Assembly: GCA_977016875.1 (NCBI GenBank)
Contig: CDRNST010000048.1
Location: forward strand, 868,001 to 932,000
Direction: 5' to 3'
Origin: Pavona decussata
Lineage: Eukaryota
DNA length: 64,000 bases
The notes below the pieces were generated by a model. That model saw only the letters and a program-made list of their open reading frames with translations, was not told the origin of the DNA and ran no database searches. Made by a program: the position numbers and the translations under genes. Each line of letters starts with the position of its first letter. Within the stretch, counting starts at the first letter, position 1. This document shows positions 13,113 through 25,798 of this stretch, piece after piece.

Positions 13113-14595
13113 AGTGAGTCCTCAGGTGGCATAGACACATCTCCATGATAAATATAAAGAAGGAGAGAGTTGAAAGCTTCTCGCGAAGGAATTGTCTCAC
13201 CAATGGTAATCTTTATGAGGAAAAAAGACGGTTAACGGTTTACGCGTGTGCTCAACAAAACAAACACAAATGAAACAATAACAAAACATAAATCAGAACT
13301 CAATGAGAAAACAATGGAACTTATTATGATGAAGGCGATGTCTGCATCAAGTGTCGCAAAGAGTAAGTTGGTGTATAATTCTCCCTCCCCTTCTCCCACT
13401 CCCCACCCCTTACGTTTGCTGGTGCCTATTTAACACCTGGGCTCAGTTGTTCGATAGTCGGTAAGCATTAAACCGAGAGAAAACAGTTAGGGAAGTGGTC
13501 AAATAAAACTACTATTTTCAAGTGGGGCCCACCAAACCACAAAATAGATCAGGTGGTCTCTGCCTGCACCCCTTCTTCCTCAACCTGTAAGAAGGACAAT
13601 GAGATTCACACATCACTTTTCTTGTTTGTCTAGCAATGCTGTCTCTTTCTAGCTTAATATTTCTGTGCAAACGCAAATTTTAAAGCCATTAAAACTTTGT
13701 CGGTAATGTTCATCAGGTAGGTGGGGTCTTCCATAACCCCTCTATCCCAGACAAGGTGAGTCATCTTAGCCTGTTTCAAGCGTTCAGACGGTTGGCGAGC
13801 AGCGACAATTGGCGAGGGAACGATTAAAGTAATTCTACCTACCGTGACTGTGTTGTTCTCTGGCATAAATGATCGAAACATTGCCTCAAAATAACTAAAC
13901 AGAAAGAAAAAGAGCAAGGTTCAAAAACTAAATGTGTATGGTATGTAATCCTACTCAAAACTTTCAGGGTGACGAGACAATACACACCAGAACATGACAA
14001 GATTAAAAGGAATTTTGTCGAAAACAAAACTATACTTTAGTAATCACTATAATAGGCACAGTTTAGTTTTCGTCTCATATGTTTCTTGTATTCATGGTAA
14101 TAAGAACATGTAATAAAGAAGTTATTCCCTCAGCCAACCTACCTACACCTTGCAGCCAAGACCGCCTAGAAGGAAAAAATGGTAGATAGTCATTCACCTC
14201 ATAAATCTTTTACAAGAGGCAAACATAGGCACGCATCGCGCACAGAACTGATGGCGTTTTCTGAAAAGTGGTCTATTGTTGAAGAGTCCGTCAAAGCTCA
14301 AAGATGATAAAATGTTCGTGAGTTTGTGAGTTAACTAACTCATTTCACGATTTACTAAAACACGTTTCAAGTCTTTTATGTGGAGACAAGTCGGCAATAG
14401 GTGTCTTTGTTTTCTCTTTGAATGCGTGATATTACCTTTTGGTTCCTAAAACATTTTTTTTAGCAAATCATAAAATGATTCAGTAAACTGACAACCGACT
14501 CACAAGAAAAACTTACAGGCTTTTAAAGCTCTCAAAGTAAAAATCTTATATTAACGGACTTTTATGATTTTGTCTTTTCGTTTGACCGCGGTTAA

Positions 14596-14747
14596 NNNNN
14601 NNNNNNNNNNNNNNNNNNNNNNNNNNNNNNNNNNNNNNNNNNNNNNNNNNNNNNNNNNNNNNNNNNNNNNNNNNNNNNNNNNNNNNNNNNNNNNNNNNNN
14701 NNNNNNNNNNNNNNNNNNNNNNNNNNNNNNNNNNNNNNNNNNNNNNN
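14596..14747. other. Assembly gap (others at 37456-37602 and 53505-53702)
   Basis: Runs of N. Confidence 1.
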
Positions 14748-15646
14748 ATGATGCCTATTATTTGATGTAAATGTCAGCTGACCACCCAGTATAATCTGTG
14801 AGTACAATTCATGCAAATAAACAAAACAACACGCTCGGTCAGTCAAATGTCTATTAAGAAGAAATTTTCTCCGGTCACGCAGAGAAGTGAATCAAAATCC
14901 TATGAGTTTCAGTTGGCTGAACATGGTTAAAAGTGATCACGACGTTTGTGTTTTAAGTATTACACACTGTTGAACTGAAATTTGGCAGGGTTATTGTAAT
15001 GGAATAGTTACTTTAAACAAACATTTTCGACACACACACACAAAAATAAAGGTTCTGGGATAGTGATACTCGTTTTGCCTTGCCAACGAACCACCAACGA
15101 GTGCCGTTAACTGACAAAACATACATCTGCTACATTATTTTTTATTTATATCTTCTTTGTGGAGACGCCATTGTTAAAGCGTGCTTTGACAAAAAGACAG
15201 AGCTGTTCCATTACAGTCATTACATTTCCAAAATGAAGGTGTGTCTTCGGACGTATTTCTTTGTAACTTAGGGTGGACGCCAAAAATTTCGGCAACCTGT
15301 TTAACCGGATGAGCAAATACTCACGTACTTTATGTGCCCCGATTGCTTCGCCGTCCACCATCAGCGTGATGTCATGAAAGTCTTGGCCGCGCGCTCCCTG
15401 AAGAAAGTCCAACATGTCTTGTTGTAAGGTTTTCTCTGCAAAATATAAGAAGAAACTGCAAGGTGAGCGAGAACATGGTAAAATGTCTGCAGTTTGAAAA
15501 ATAGCGTTCTCTAGCGTACTTGGATGCGTCGACCGACACTGGTTGTCTCCTGGAATGAGGGCACTTGCCTAAAAAAGGAAACGAAAACTGATTTTAATTA
15601 AAATATAATATTACCTCTTTCATTCCTGATACAAACTTCAGTTAAT

Positions 15647-16003
15647 AGGGACCTTATGAAAACACGACGGCGACGGCAACGGCAACGTGAAAAAACAAAA
15701 GATTTAATGAGCTAAACAATGGCTCCGCACGTGTGTTAAAAAGTTAGTACATCATCGGCCACACAACGCCGTGAAATAACCAAATACAAAGTTTAAAGGA
15801 GAACGTAAACACCAGACGGTAACTGTTTCGTTGTTTTTTTCCTTACTTGAACACCGTTGTAACTAACCATGCTCCTGGTTATTGAGTTTACACTGTACAA
15901 GTTGAACGGGTTGGAATAATCACAAAGTAGATCAGATAACGCGAGTATTTATTTCTAAGTGACATTTCGGTTGACTCTGCCGTCGTGCTTTCGTAAGATG
16001 CCT
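15647..16003. mobile_element. MITE, PIF/Harbinger-like with a 3-bp AAT TSD (paralogue ~38502-38858)
   Basis: AAT|AGGGACCTTATGAAAACACGACGGC...GCCGTCGTGCTTTCGTAAGATGCCT|AAT. Confidence 0.75.
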
Positions 16004-16009
16004 AATGTA

Positions 16010-16745
16010 ACGTGATCTTAACTTTCGATTCTGTAAACGACATCCTGAAGTGTGACCATTCAAATGAAAGCTTTTGAGCAATACTCTCCTCTAGTGCTGT
16101 TGATTATGCTGCACAAGGTGGTTCTAGCTTTTGGGTCTGTGGGCGAAATTTTAAAGTGTGACCACTCAAATGCGAATGCATGCTACTGAGCAGTACTTTC
16201 CTGTGGTGCTGTTTACTACGTTGAACAAGGTGGTTCTAACTTTTGAGTCTCTCTATGAAATCCTAAAGTACGACCATTCAAATGAAAGCTACTGAGCAGT
16301 ACTTTCCGGAAGTTTGGTTAATAATGCTGAACAAGGTGGTTCTAACGTTTGAGTCGTTGGGTGAAATCCAGAAGTGTGACCATTCAAATGAAAGCTACTG
16401 AGCAGTACTTTCCGGAAGTTTGGTTAATAATGCTGAACAAGGTGGTTCTAACGTTTGAGTCTTTGTGTGAAATCCTGAAGTGTGACCATTCAAATGAAAG
16501 CTATACTGAGCAGTACTTTCCCGAAGTTTGGTTAATAATGCTTAACAAGGTGGTTCTAACGTTTGAGTCTTTGGGTGCAATCCTGAAGTGTGATGATTAA
16601 AATGAAACCCATTGAGCAGAGCGTTCCTGAATCTGCAGATAAAATCCTAAACCGCTGTGACCATTCAAAAGAAGGCTCCTGAGCAGTGCCTTCAGTGGTT
16701 TTAGCTTTACGTCCGTGAAAAAAATTCTAAAGTGCCACCATTCAA
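16010..16745. repeat. ~106-bp tandem repeat, about 6-7 units, in an LZTR1 intron
   Basis: The TGACCATTCAAATGAAAGCTACTGAGCAGTACTTTCC motif recurs at 16053, 16159, 16271, 16377, 16483 and 16591. Confidence 0.9.
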
Positions 16746-19700
16746 ACGATATTTATGAAAGCCATGCACTTCCTCCATGTCAATAAATAGTTCAGCGTAT
16801 TACCTGTGGAACTTGCCGCCTTCTAATTATCTCCACCATGAGTTTTTGAGGCACAGATTCAAAGTTCTTGCTCATGATGATATTGTTGTAGTTTGCTTCT
16901 CGAACAATGAAACGAAGGCAGAAATCCTGCAACAAAAAACACAACAATTAGCCAATTGGCCAATTTATCTGATCAACTCAATTGGTACAGCCGAATTCTC
17001 GTGTTTCACTTTGCCATCGACAAGGCAACGCAGTTTCTTTTGGGAAAAAAAACTGCTTCACAAATGAAAACGTGTTATGATCAGCTGGTCGCATAGTCTG
17101 TGTATCACTGTTGGATTCCAGTAAGCTCTTTGTAAGATCCGAAAGATACCTTTGTTTCAGGAAGTACCGCCCTTAAATAAATTTGTTTTGTAAATATTTA
17201 TCAAACCTTGAGCGGGTTCAGCTGTAGCCGGGCGGCACTGTCCAGGGCCACAAGAACGTTTTCCTGAGAGATTGAAGACTCGATATACTGCACACACAGT
17301 GCCTCCAAAGAACCAATCTCAAGCTGTAGAAATAAGGGCAGACCTTTAGAAAGGACATGAAACGAACAAACGGAACTATATACTACATACTTTTAGGAGT
17401 CGAGATAGCTCCAAATCGGATTGCTTCAGGAATTATTTTACGCTCAACTTCTTGAACATTTCTATGTGAGTGCTACCATGTGACTGATGCGATGGATGTT
17501 TTTTTTTCATGCAATTTTGATAAGTTTCCAACGATATCTGATTTGCAGAGCGGAAAAACGTTGTGCGCATATCAGTTCGCGGGCTAACGTGATCCGTGAA
17601 TAAGGAGCAAGCGCGATTTTTAACGAGATCGATAATAAAATCCCTGCAAAAAAAAAAAAAAATAGAAAATCCACTATGGATAAAAATTATGTACTTTGGC
17701 AAACCCAGTAATTAAAGATTAACTATATCCTTAGCCTTAAATATTCAGGGATTTGCTTCTGTAGCCGCATTTTGTAAAAAGGTCCATAACAATAATAGAC
17801 CTGTATAGGCGATTTGTTTACACACCGCGGGAACATTGAGGGCTTTAAAGTCTTTAAAGTTTAAGAAGCCATAAGAAAATTAATGCACAGCAAGGATACA
17901 TCTGCAGCTATCTTTTTTGTGAGAAAATTATCGCTTCTTACCGAGATACCTGCGGTAGCATAGTAATTTTTTTAAAATAACAACAATTTAATTGCCGCCA
18001 TTTTTGGAAATTTTGGTGCCCCGCGTTCGTCCCCGCGCTTGCGCAGAGTTCGCGTTTGCGTTTTTCGGCTTTTAATATCTGACTATGACCGCACGTATGC
18101 CGCTAACCCTGACCTAGAAATTTTTCCTGCTACAAAAAAGACTAACGCAATTCTTTAATTTTCAGTAAAACTTAATACTGAAATAAGAATAATTTACCTT
18201 TAGAGCTAATCTGTAAACATCCATGATTAGACTGATGTCCTGCGAACCTTGACAATCTGTTGAAACACACAGTATTGCTTTAAAAATACGTGTTTTTGCT
18301 ATCAACAAGCCACACGCTCCTTTAAAACTTCAAGGGAACAAACGTTTGAAGTAAAATTTATTTACTAGTAAAGCATGTTTTCAATGATAGTTGAGGAAAT
18401 GGTTGTAAGACTTTGCAAGCGATATAGAAGAACCAAAATTGATGATGGAAAACCTGCAACGGTACATAATATCCTTAAGGTGGGTTGGATTGGCTGCATT
18501 CTGGAATAACAATACACACTTCGATCACTAAAAGTCCCACATTAAAGTTATCTGGACTGCACGGAATGCAAACTCGCTCTTGGATATCGTGTGCCATCAA
18601 ACGGATGAACTTCAAGGAGTGAAAAATTTTCGATGTCTACGGACGAACCGCGTCCATTTCTGTCGTAAAACTTCATCCTTAGGGAAATGGTGCATCGACA
18701 CACATTGTTCGGGGCCCCGTAAGCGCAATTCGTTCCCCCTTTCTTCTCAATTGCATTTTTCCTTCGAAGCCATAGTTGCCGCGTTTTATGATTTTATCAC
18801 AGTTTCACACCATGTCACTGACATGTCACGCGCGAAAAGGAGCCATTTTCAAGCCGCTACATCGGATCTTCAACCTCGAAAAAGTTGGTTTTAGAAAGGC
18901 CGCAGGTTACTTCAATCGATCAGGGCTCATTTAAAACACAATAAATCACTAAAAATTACAAAAACAAAAATTCATTTCATATGCACTTTAAGGCAAATTA
19001 AAATCACTAAAGCAAACAAACGACTCGCTCTGTGAACATTCGCTGACGTGTTAAACTAACTCTTCCGCATCCACGAGGGGAAAATTTACCCGACTGATAA
19101 TACAAAATTACTTACACTGTTGGTGACTTGGAAGTCGAGATTGACCAAAAAAAACAAACAAAAAAAAAAAATAATAATAATAGAAAACAGGGAAGCTTTC
19201 ACATCTCACAATAGAACGAAGGCTACACTGCTTCTATTGTGACTGCTACTGTGACAAGTAAAACAAAGTGGAAATTAATTTGCTGACTGTATTGAAATAA
19301 TTAATTTGATGAACACAGTACAGGTTCAACTGACATGGTTTGACCCCAATTGGTTTTGATTTGCTGAAATTTGACATTTCTTTAGCTACTCGCTATGGTT
19401 TTCTCAGAATTCCATCTAAATTTAGACAAACCTAAAACTTAAGAAGACATCCCATTGGACATTTTGAAGACTTTAAACAAATTGTTTTAGCCAAAAATAT
19501 TTCTCGTTAGAATGACTCTGATCTGGAAGAATTTTTAAATATTTGTTCTCTCAAAAACTTGATCTTACGAGAGACTCATTATATGCAAAGAAAACAAAAG
19601 AGAAAAGTGACACACGCTTTACTTGAGCTTCGAACGATTGCTTGGATAATATGACAGCACAGTTTTGTATTCGTTTTCCTCACTGGTACCAAAGGAGAGG

Positions 19701-20339
19701 ATTGAAGCGGAAGACTTGACATGTTTTCTTTGTATTTCCATACGATTTGAGGGCTTTCAGGAATATTTGGGGAAACAGAGTTTAATTTGCATGGATGCTT
19801 TAGGCTGAATATTTAATTTCAAAATCAATCCTACATGGCGTTTGTCTTTCTTTTGGTTTCGTTGGCGCACTAGAAACGTCATTTTGATCCGGTTAAAATA
19901 GAGGACCGCAATTTTCTCATCAGTTGGAAAATTCCAGGCCAAGTTTCTCACCGCAATTCCAATCGAAATATCTGAAGCGATATTACAACGAAACGAATCA
20001 TTTTAGGGTGCCCTGGTTCAGATTTTGGATTTTTTGCCTGTTATTATACTGTGTATAACAACTTCTTTAATTTCTTTCTTATTAGATTTACGTTTCCGTT
20101 CCGCCGAGCAATGCAGTCGAGAAAATAATGCAAAGGTCACTGAAAGGTAAATTAGTTTAAACATGTATTCACTAAGACGTATTAAGGTGTTAAAATTAAT
20201 TACAGCATAAGGCTAAGTTTCAGCTTAATTCTTTATGGACTATTTTACTTGCATAAAATAAAATCGGTGTTAGTATAAATCTCATTATCTTGTAGGTCAG
20301 TTTTGGCTTTAGGTGAAGCTTTTACGTTAGACCTTCCGT

Positions 20340-20720
20340 CTAGGTAATTTCATAAGAAAACCAAGTTTTACATCGCTCATGTCAGTAATTTTAAAAGAAA
20401 TTCTTTTTCAAAAAGACGAATCAATAAACGATATACAGTGAAACCGTTGGCCACGTTGGCGTTTCAAATTAAGTAAACACTCTTTTGAAGCTGTGGTCAC
20501 AATTAACTTTTTTGCAAATTAGCTCGAAACCAAGCATTTTTACATCGCTACATGCTTGATTTAAAAGAAATTTCATCTCAATAAGATAAAACAATGTACA
20601 AGATAAAAGTTAACCATGCTCGCGTTTCAAAATTAGTAAATACAAACCAGTCTTTTATGCCCCCCAATTAATAAGCTTTTGTAAACAGTCTTTTAGCAGG
20701 TCGAAACCAAGCAAATGGAT
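20340..20720. repeat. Degenerate ~120-bp tandem repeat upstream of CTHRC1 (also ~1-350 and ~43250-43720)
   Basis: Recurring TCGAAACCAAGCATTTT.ACAT.GCTA...AAAAGAAATT...TCTCAA.AAGA motif. Confidence 0.55.
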
Positions 20721-23096
20721 CTTAATTAGCACAGTTATTCTTAAGCTGACCAAATAAACAGGAAATTCAAAGTTGGCAGTTGTTTGTAATGAGGCGTCAA
20801 ACAATCTTCATCTATGTTCTTTGTCACCAATCGCTTTAACCTTAAATTAGTTTGAAAATTCTGATCATGTGTTCGTAAAACCCTTAGTCGCTTCCCCTAG
20901 CGACTGACACAGCTGAACATTATTCACAGTGTGCTCAATGTGTTCAATCGTTTTATTAAGCGGAGCTAAACGTCGATAGAAAAATTCAAACATTTGTCAA
21001 CACACCGAAGCCAACATCAGCCACAACACGACCTTAATAACCCATTAAACGGAAATTGGACTGTTTATTAGTCAAGAAAAAAAATTATTAAATAGAGACA
21101 GAATACAATTATTGCAAGAGCCGCGATTCAAAAGACAAAGAAATAGTAAAAATGGAGTCAAACTGTGACACTTTTTGAGATAATATACAACTGATGTGAA
21201 AACCGTAAGGTAAAGTGATAAGGGTAAGGGAAGCCTTTTGACAGTGAGAGTATTGCAACTTTGTATTTTTGTGTAGTGGAAAGATCGACCATTGTTAGGA
21301 AGGATATATGGTAAGGCGTCCTCAGGGGAGAAGCCCTAATACAAATGACCTCTCAAAGTTCAGTTTCCGGACGGAGGGAAACAAGAATATCTCACCGATT
21401 ACTCTAATCTCAATCGACAGGTATTTTATTTAAGCAGTTTAAAACTTCTTGGCCTCTCCCTTTTTTATAAAAAAAAGGGAAATGTGAGTCACGCCAATTT
21501 GGGAAGTACATCGTAGCAAAACATCACAGAAGATGCCCTCCTATTGGGCGAATCAGGACCATACAAACTGTCGGGGGGTGGGGGGGGGGGAATAGTGTTT
21601 GAAGTTAAAATTTGAAACAAGGGTTTGGAAGAACTTGTTCTGACGAGAACCAAATTACACAAAACAAAATAGAGCTTCGACAACTAAAACCTTTTCAAAA
21701 GTGACAAGGAAGGATTAACGAATGCGACACGGTAAGTTCTCGACAGTTTTGTTGAATGTTATTTGTGAAGGATTTCGTTGCTCGTTTTGATGTAAAATCT
21801 AATTCTTTTTCTTTTCCTCTATTCCAGATTTCTTGTTCTCGTACAGACAAACCGGCTCAGTGCTGAATTACTTCAAAGGTAGACGATTTTGATTTTTACT
21901 AGAATGCAGTTTAAGCAGCGCCTAAATGCTGAATTTAGCTTTTGCGCCTAATAAACAGTAAAGAAATTAGTTTTCTTTCGGCTGTTTCGTGACTTTCAGC
22001 AACCAACTTACTCAATGCGTGTTCTAGTTTTCATGATGTGCGGTGATTCATTTGATGTTGAAAAATGTATCAATGAGAGAGGTTACCATACTTGCTTAAA
22101 ACTATCATTTCAGCTCTTATCGATAGAGTTCAAACTTTTGTTCGATTAATTCAGTGGCGGCAGTTTTTCAGGCACGAAACACTCTGTAGTTTGACTTTAT
22201 TCATGTCATTCGCCGATCTCGATGCAATAAAATGGCTGCTAACCAAACTGACCAAACATGTTACAAATTACTCCAATATGTTATCAGAATTTAACAGCAT
22301 TCGGTCAACCAAACCTGCAAAAAGCAACAAGTCATTACAAAATTGTGATTTTCAGGTTACACCGCAATTAATTTTAAGAAAGCTTCAATCAGAAACTTTA
22401 ATTCTGTGAAACAATCAATGATAATATTGATTCTGATAACAAAAATAGTACTTTTACGTGCAAATTTAATACACCCTTGTGCTTTAAACTTGCAACAGCA
22501 ATACGTAAATTTAGTTGCTGATTTCGCGATTTGTTAATAATTATATAGACCTCTTAAATAGATCCATTCACAGACTAAATAAGATTGAATCGTGAAAGCA
22601 ATCAGAACTGCACAAGTAGGGTAATCATTTTGAATAATTTGGATCTAACGTGTCAAACATACTCAACGTTTATTTCCCAAAAAGCCGAGTAAAAGAAGTG
22701 AATTAAAATTACAGTTATTGAGAGCCATGTAAAGACTTTAGTACGCGGCTTTACATTCAAAGGAAAAAAACCGCAAGTGCATTATTCTGTTTCACAGCTC
22801 ACTAAACTAGAAAAAAGTTTCAGTATACAGCATTTTAATTAAAAACAAATCCAAAACTTATTACCACATGACCATTTGTTCAATTGTCAACTAAATATTA
22901 GGGAGGGTTGTACAGTTTTATACATGTTATCAACCAAGTTTTCAAGGTGTAAAACCTCTCAAAACACAATGCAAAACAAAGCAGATAAAACAAAAGCGAG
23001 CACATCATTAGCTGAGTCATCTAAACTTGCCTCAACTTGCTGGCTACCTAAACAAAACATTTTAAAAGAGTCAAGGTTATTGGTAGATACAGAAAT

Positions 23097-23365
23097 GATT
23101 TAACCAATAGGAGTGCTTGGCTTATTTTGGCATCCAACATGTTATGAGTTTTAAAACGTGTTACTTTCTAGTCAACAAAAATTATTTAACCAATAGGAGA
23201 GCTTGGCTTATTTTGACTCCCAACATGTTGTCAGCTTCAAAACGTGTCTAAACCAAGAGTTTTACTTACAAGTCAACAAACAAAAAGGATAAAAGCTTCT
23301 GTAACAGTAAGAGGTGAATCAGTTTTCCTTTAGATGGTTGAAGCCGCACAAGCAAGATTGGTAGG
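23097..23365 (+). promoter_or_regulatory. Candidate CTHRC1 copy 2 promoter (2 CCAAT units, GATAAAAG, TCAGTT)
   Basis: Paralogous to 2631-2995 but with one repeat unit missing. Confidence 0.5.
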
Positions 23366-23398
23366 TAATAGAACTATACATTTCCCCTTACGTTTCTA

Positions 23399-23705
23399 TT
23401 TAACAATTAGATTATGAGCTCGAGATTTCTATCGCGTGATAGCTGATGAGGGCGAAGCCCGAATCAACTATCACGCATAGAAATCGAGAGCGAATAATCT
23501 AATTGTTTTAGTATAAGTCTACTAGTCGTTCAAAACAAAACAAGTAAATTATCTATTTCCTCATCGCAGACACTTCGAAAACGCAAAGATGCGGACGCCA
23601 TTTTGTTGAAAATCGCTACTCGCTATCTATCACAGAATAGATAGCGAGTAGCGTAGCCAATCAGCGAACGGCATTCGTGATAGAACACTAGTAGATTTAT
23701 ACTAA
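23399..23705. mobile_element. Foldback insertion specific to the copy-2 5'-UTR intron
   Basis: Absent at the paralogous site near 46355. Contains a ~105-nt imperfect palindrome at ~23402-23508 centred on GGGCGAAGCCC. Confidence 0.7.
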
Positions 23706-24181
23706 AGTAAATTACAATTATTTCTTGACAGAATTGAACTGAGTTCTTGTGCAATTAATTTGAAGATTTTTTGGCAAAATTCTTTTAACTTCTTTATATT
23801 AAATTTAGCAAGTACTTGAATTGGTCGTTTTTCATGAAAATGCTTAGGTCGCTAAATTGAAGAACATCTTACGTAATGAGTTTAACTTAAGTATGATAAC
23901 AGAAATTAAATTATCAATAAATAGGAGGAATAACGTTTCAGTCACTTTATATCTTCATGATCAAACTCAGTGGCAACGGATGATAAATAAGACTTATTAT
24001 GTGATGAAACACCAGAAATCGACAACGGTTATGTGTTTGGTTGGTTTGTCTGTTATCAAAAGGCTCATCGAATCCCGTTTGAGCTCCTTGTAGTCTTTGT
24101 ACTTTGATCATTTGTAGTTTTTTCTTTTCTTCTTCCGTGGTAAATAAAACTGAGCTCGAGAATTCAATGTTCACAGATTGA

Positions 24182-25798
24182 ATGATGTCGAAACGCTGCC
24201 TGAATATACCGCTGACCATCATGCTGTGTGTACTGCTCTTACTGCTGATCACCTTGTGTTCTGCGAATGACAACAGCAGCAGCAGCAAACCACGTGACAA
24301 CAAGGTAAGTTTGATGAACAGACTCTAGGTACAAACTTACAACAGTAATCTACCTTCCTGCTGCCCAGCAAACAAAATAGGATTACAAAAGAAAAGAGTT
24401 ACTGGTACACGTCACTTCACTTCAAATTGCATTTAACAATTACAATCAGCTATTGAAATTGTTACAGTGAACATCATTTAAAATACAATTAAAAAGTTAA
24501 AAAATAAATCTCATTCAAAACGCTATTTTAAAAGATACCAACCCAAATATGCACCTAACAATGTTCACAACTCAGCGCAAGTGGCTGAAAAGAGAATTTT
24601 AACTTATTCATTTAGGGCACTCCTCAACAGACGTCATCATATGGGTCTTGTGGTCACAGCACATGTTTCTGCGCACCAGGAATTCCAGGTATCCCAGGAA
24701 GCCCTGGAGCCGCGGGACCAGCAGGTGCCGTGGGATCACCCGGTAATCACGGATCTGAAGGACCAATGGGCCCTCGAGGAAACAAGGGCGATGAAGGCCC
24801 TAGTGGAAGACGAGGTACTTCAGGCCTTAAAGGTGCTCAAGGACCCCCTGGACCACCGGGTCCTACTGGAAAAAAAGGCAAAGCAGGTGCTCGTGGTAAC
24901 CAAGGCCCTCCTGGTCCCAAGGGACCACAAGGATCCTCTGGCCCACCAGGTTCACGTGGAAACAAGGGTGATACAGGTGCCCGTGGTAACCAGGGTCCTC
25001 CTGGCCCCAAGGGACCACAAGGATCCTCTGGCCCACCAGGTTCACGTGGAAACAAGGGTGATACAGGTGCTCGTGGAATTCAAGGTCCCCCAGGCCCCAA
25101 CGGAGCTCTAGGGTCTGTTGTGCGTAACTGGAAACAGTGCGTTTTCAAGAATCTGAATGATGGAAGGGACTCCGGATTGATTAAGGTACATGCTGAATTT
25201 TCAACTTCATATTAAATCCAAAGCTAAAAGCAACGTAATAATGTTTCTATGAATAGTAACATACTAACATCCGGTCTGACCTAGTTCGAGGTATAAGTTA
25301 CGCTGGCCGCCAGGTGTAAAGTTGTTTCGCACGGATGCATTTATACGCTTTAGACTGCATGATAATAATATCTTTATATGAAAGCTGATGGTTTCCATTT
25401 CAGTCCTGTCTTTGATCTCGTTTTTCTCATTTTTGCAGGAATGTGTTTTCAAGAAGATATCTGCCAAATCAGGGCTGCGTGTCTTCTGGAGTGGAGCTCT
25501 TCGCATCGCTAACTGCCATGGGTGCTGCAGGCGATGGTATTTCACCTTCAATGGTGCAGAATGCTCAGCTCCAGCAGCCATTGATGGTGTAGTGTACATG
25601 GTACATGGGAATAGCCACAAAAAGAATTTACACCGAGTGCGGCAAATCGAAGGAGTTTGTGAGAAAGTCCACAAGGGCACCGTGCGTGTGGGATTCTGGG
25701 TCGGTAATTGTGTTGGTTATGGATCGGCAGATGCATACACGGGCTGGAACTCAGTGTCCCGGATCTACGTGGAAGAAGTACCACCCCCACAGGCCTAA
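24182..25798 (+). CDS. CTHRC1: CTHRC1-like, copy 2 (350 aa, 49 Gly-X-Y); exons 24182-24304, 24616-25185, 25439-25798
   Basis: Same structure as copy 1 with intact splice sites. Exon 2 is 90 nt longer because of an in-frame internal duplication. Confidence 0.95.

Larger units (their letters stand above)
9978..18256 (-). pseudogene. LZTR1: 5'-truncated LZTR1 duplicate A (BACK1-BTB2-BACK2 half), 12 exons, frame intact
   Basis: Exons in transcript order: 18256-18198, 17323-17207, 16926-16804, 15568-15520, 15435-15329, 14165-14143, 13894-13843, 13210-13113, 11826-11775, 11677-11624, 11007-10927, 10085-9978. They join in phase to ...LIMDVYRLALK-LEIGSLEALCVQYIE...[35 protein letters not shown]...[35 protein letters not shown]...[35 protein letters not shown], which closely matches the C-terminal half of vertebrate LZTR1 as I recall it. 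No upstream Kelch/BTB1 exons were recognised before the next CTHRC1 gene. The LZTR1 identity is secure; pseudogene status is inferred. Confidence 0.85.

Noticed and set aside
16010-16745. CRISPR-like array, or a protein from ORF 16349-16600 (ATEQYFPEV...)
   Set aside because: Contiguous 106-bp units with no unique spacers, no cas genes and a eukaryotic intronic context. The unit length is not a multiple of 3, so the ORF is a repeat artefact.
17380-19000. Further LZTR1 exons or defined transposons in the CpG-richer stretches around the first retained exon
   Set aside because: They look repeat-derived, but I could not find matching termini or LZTR1-like peptides with compatible splice phase.
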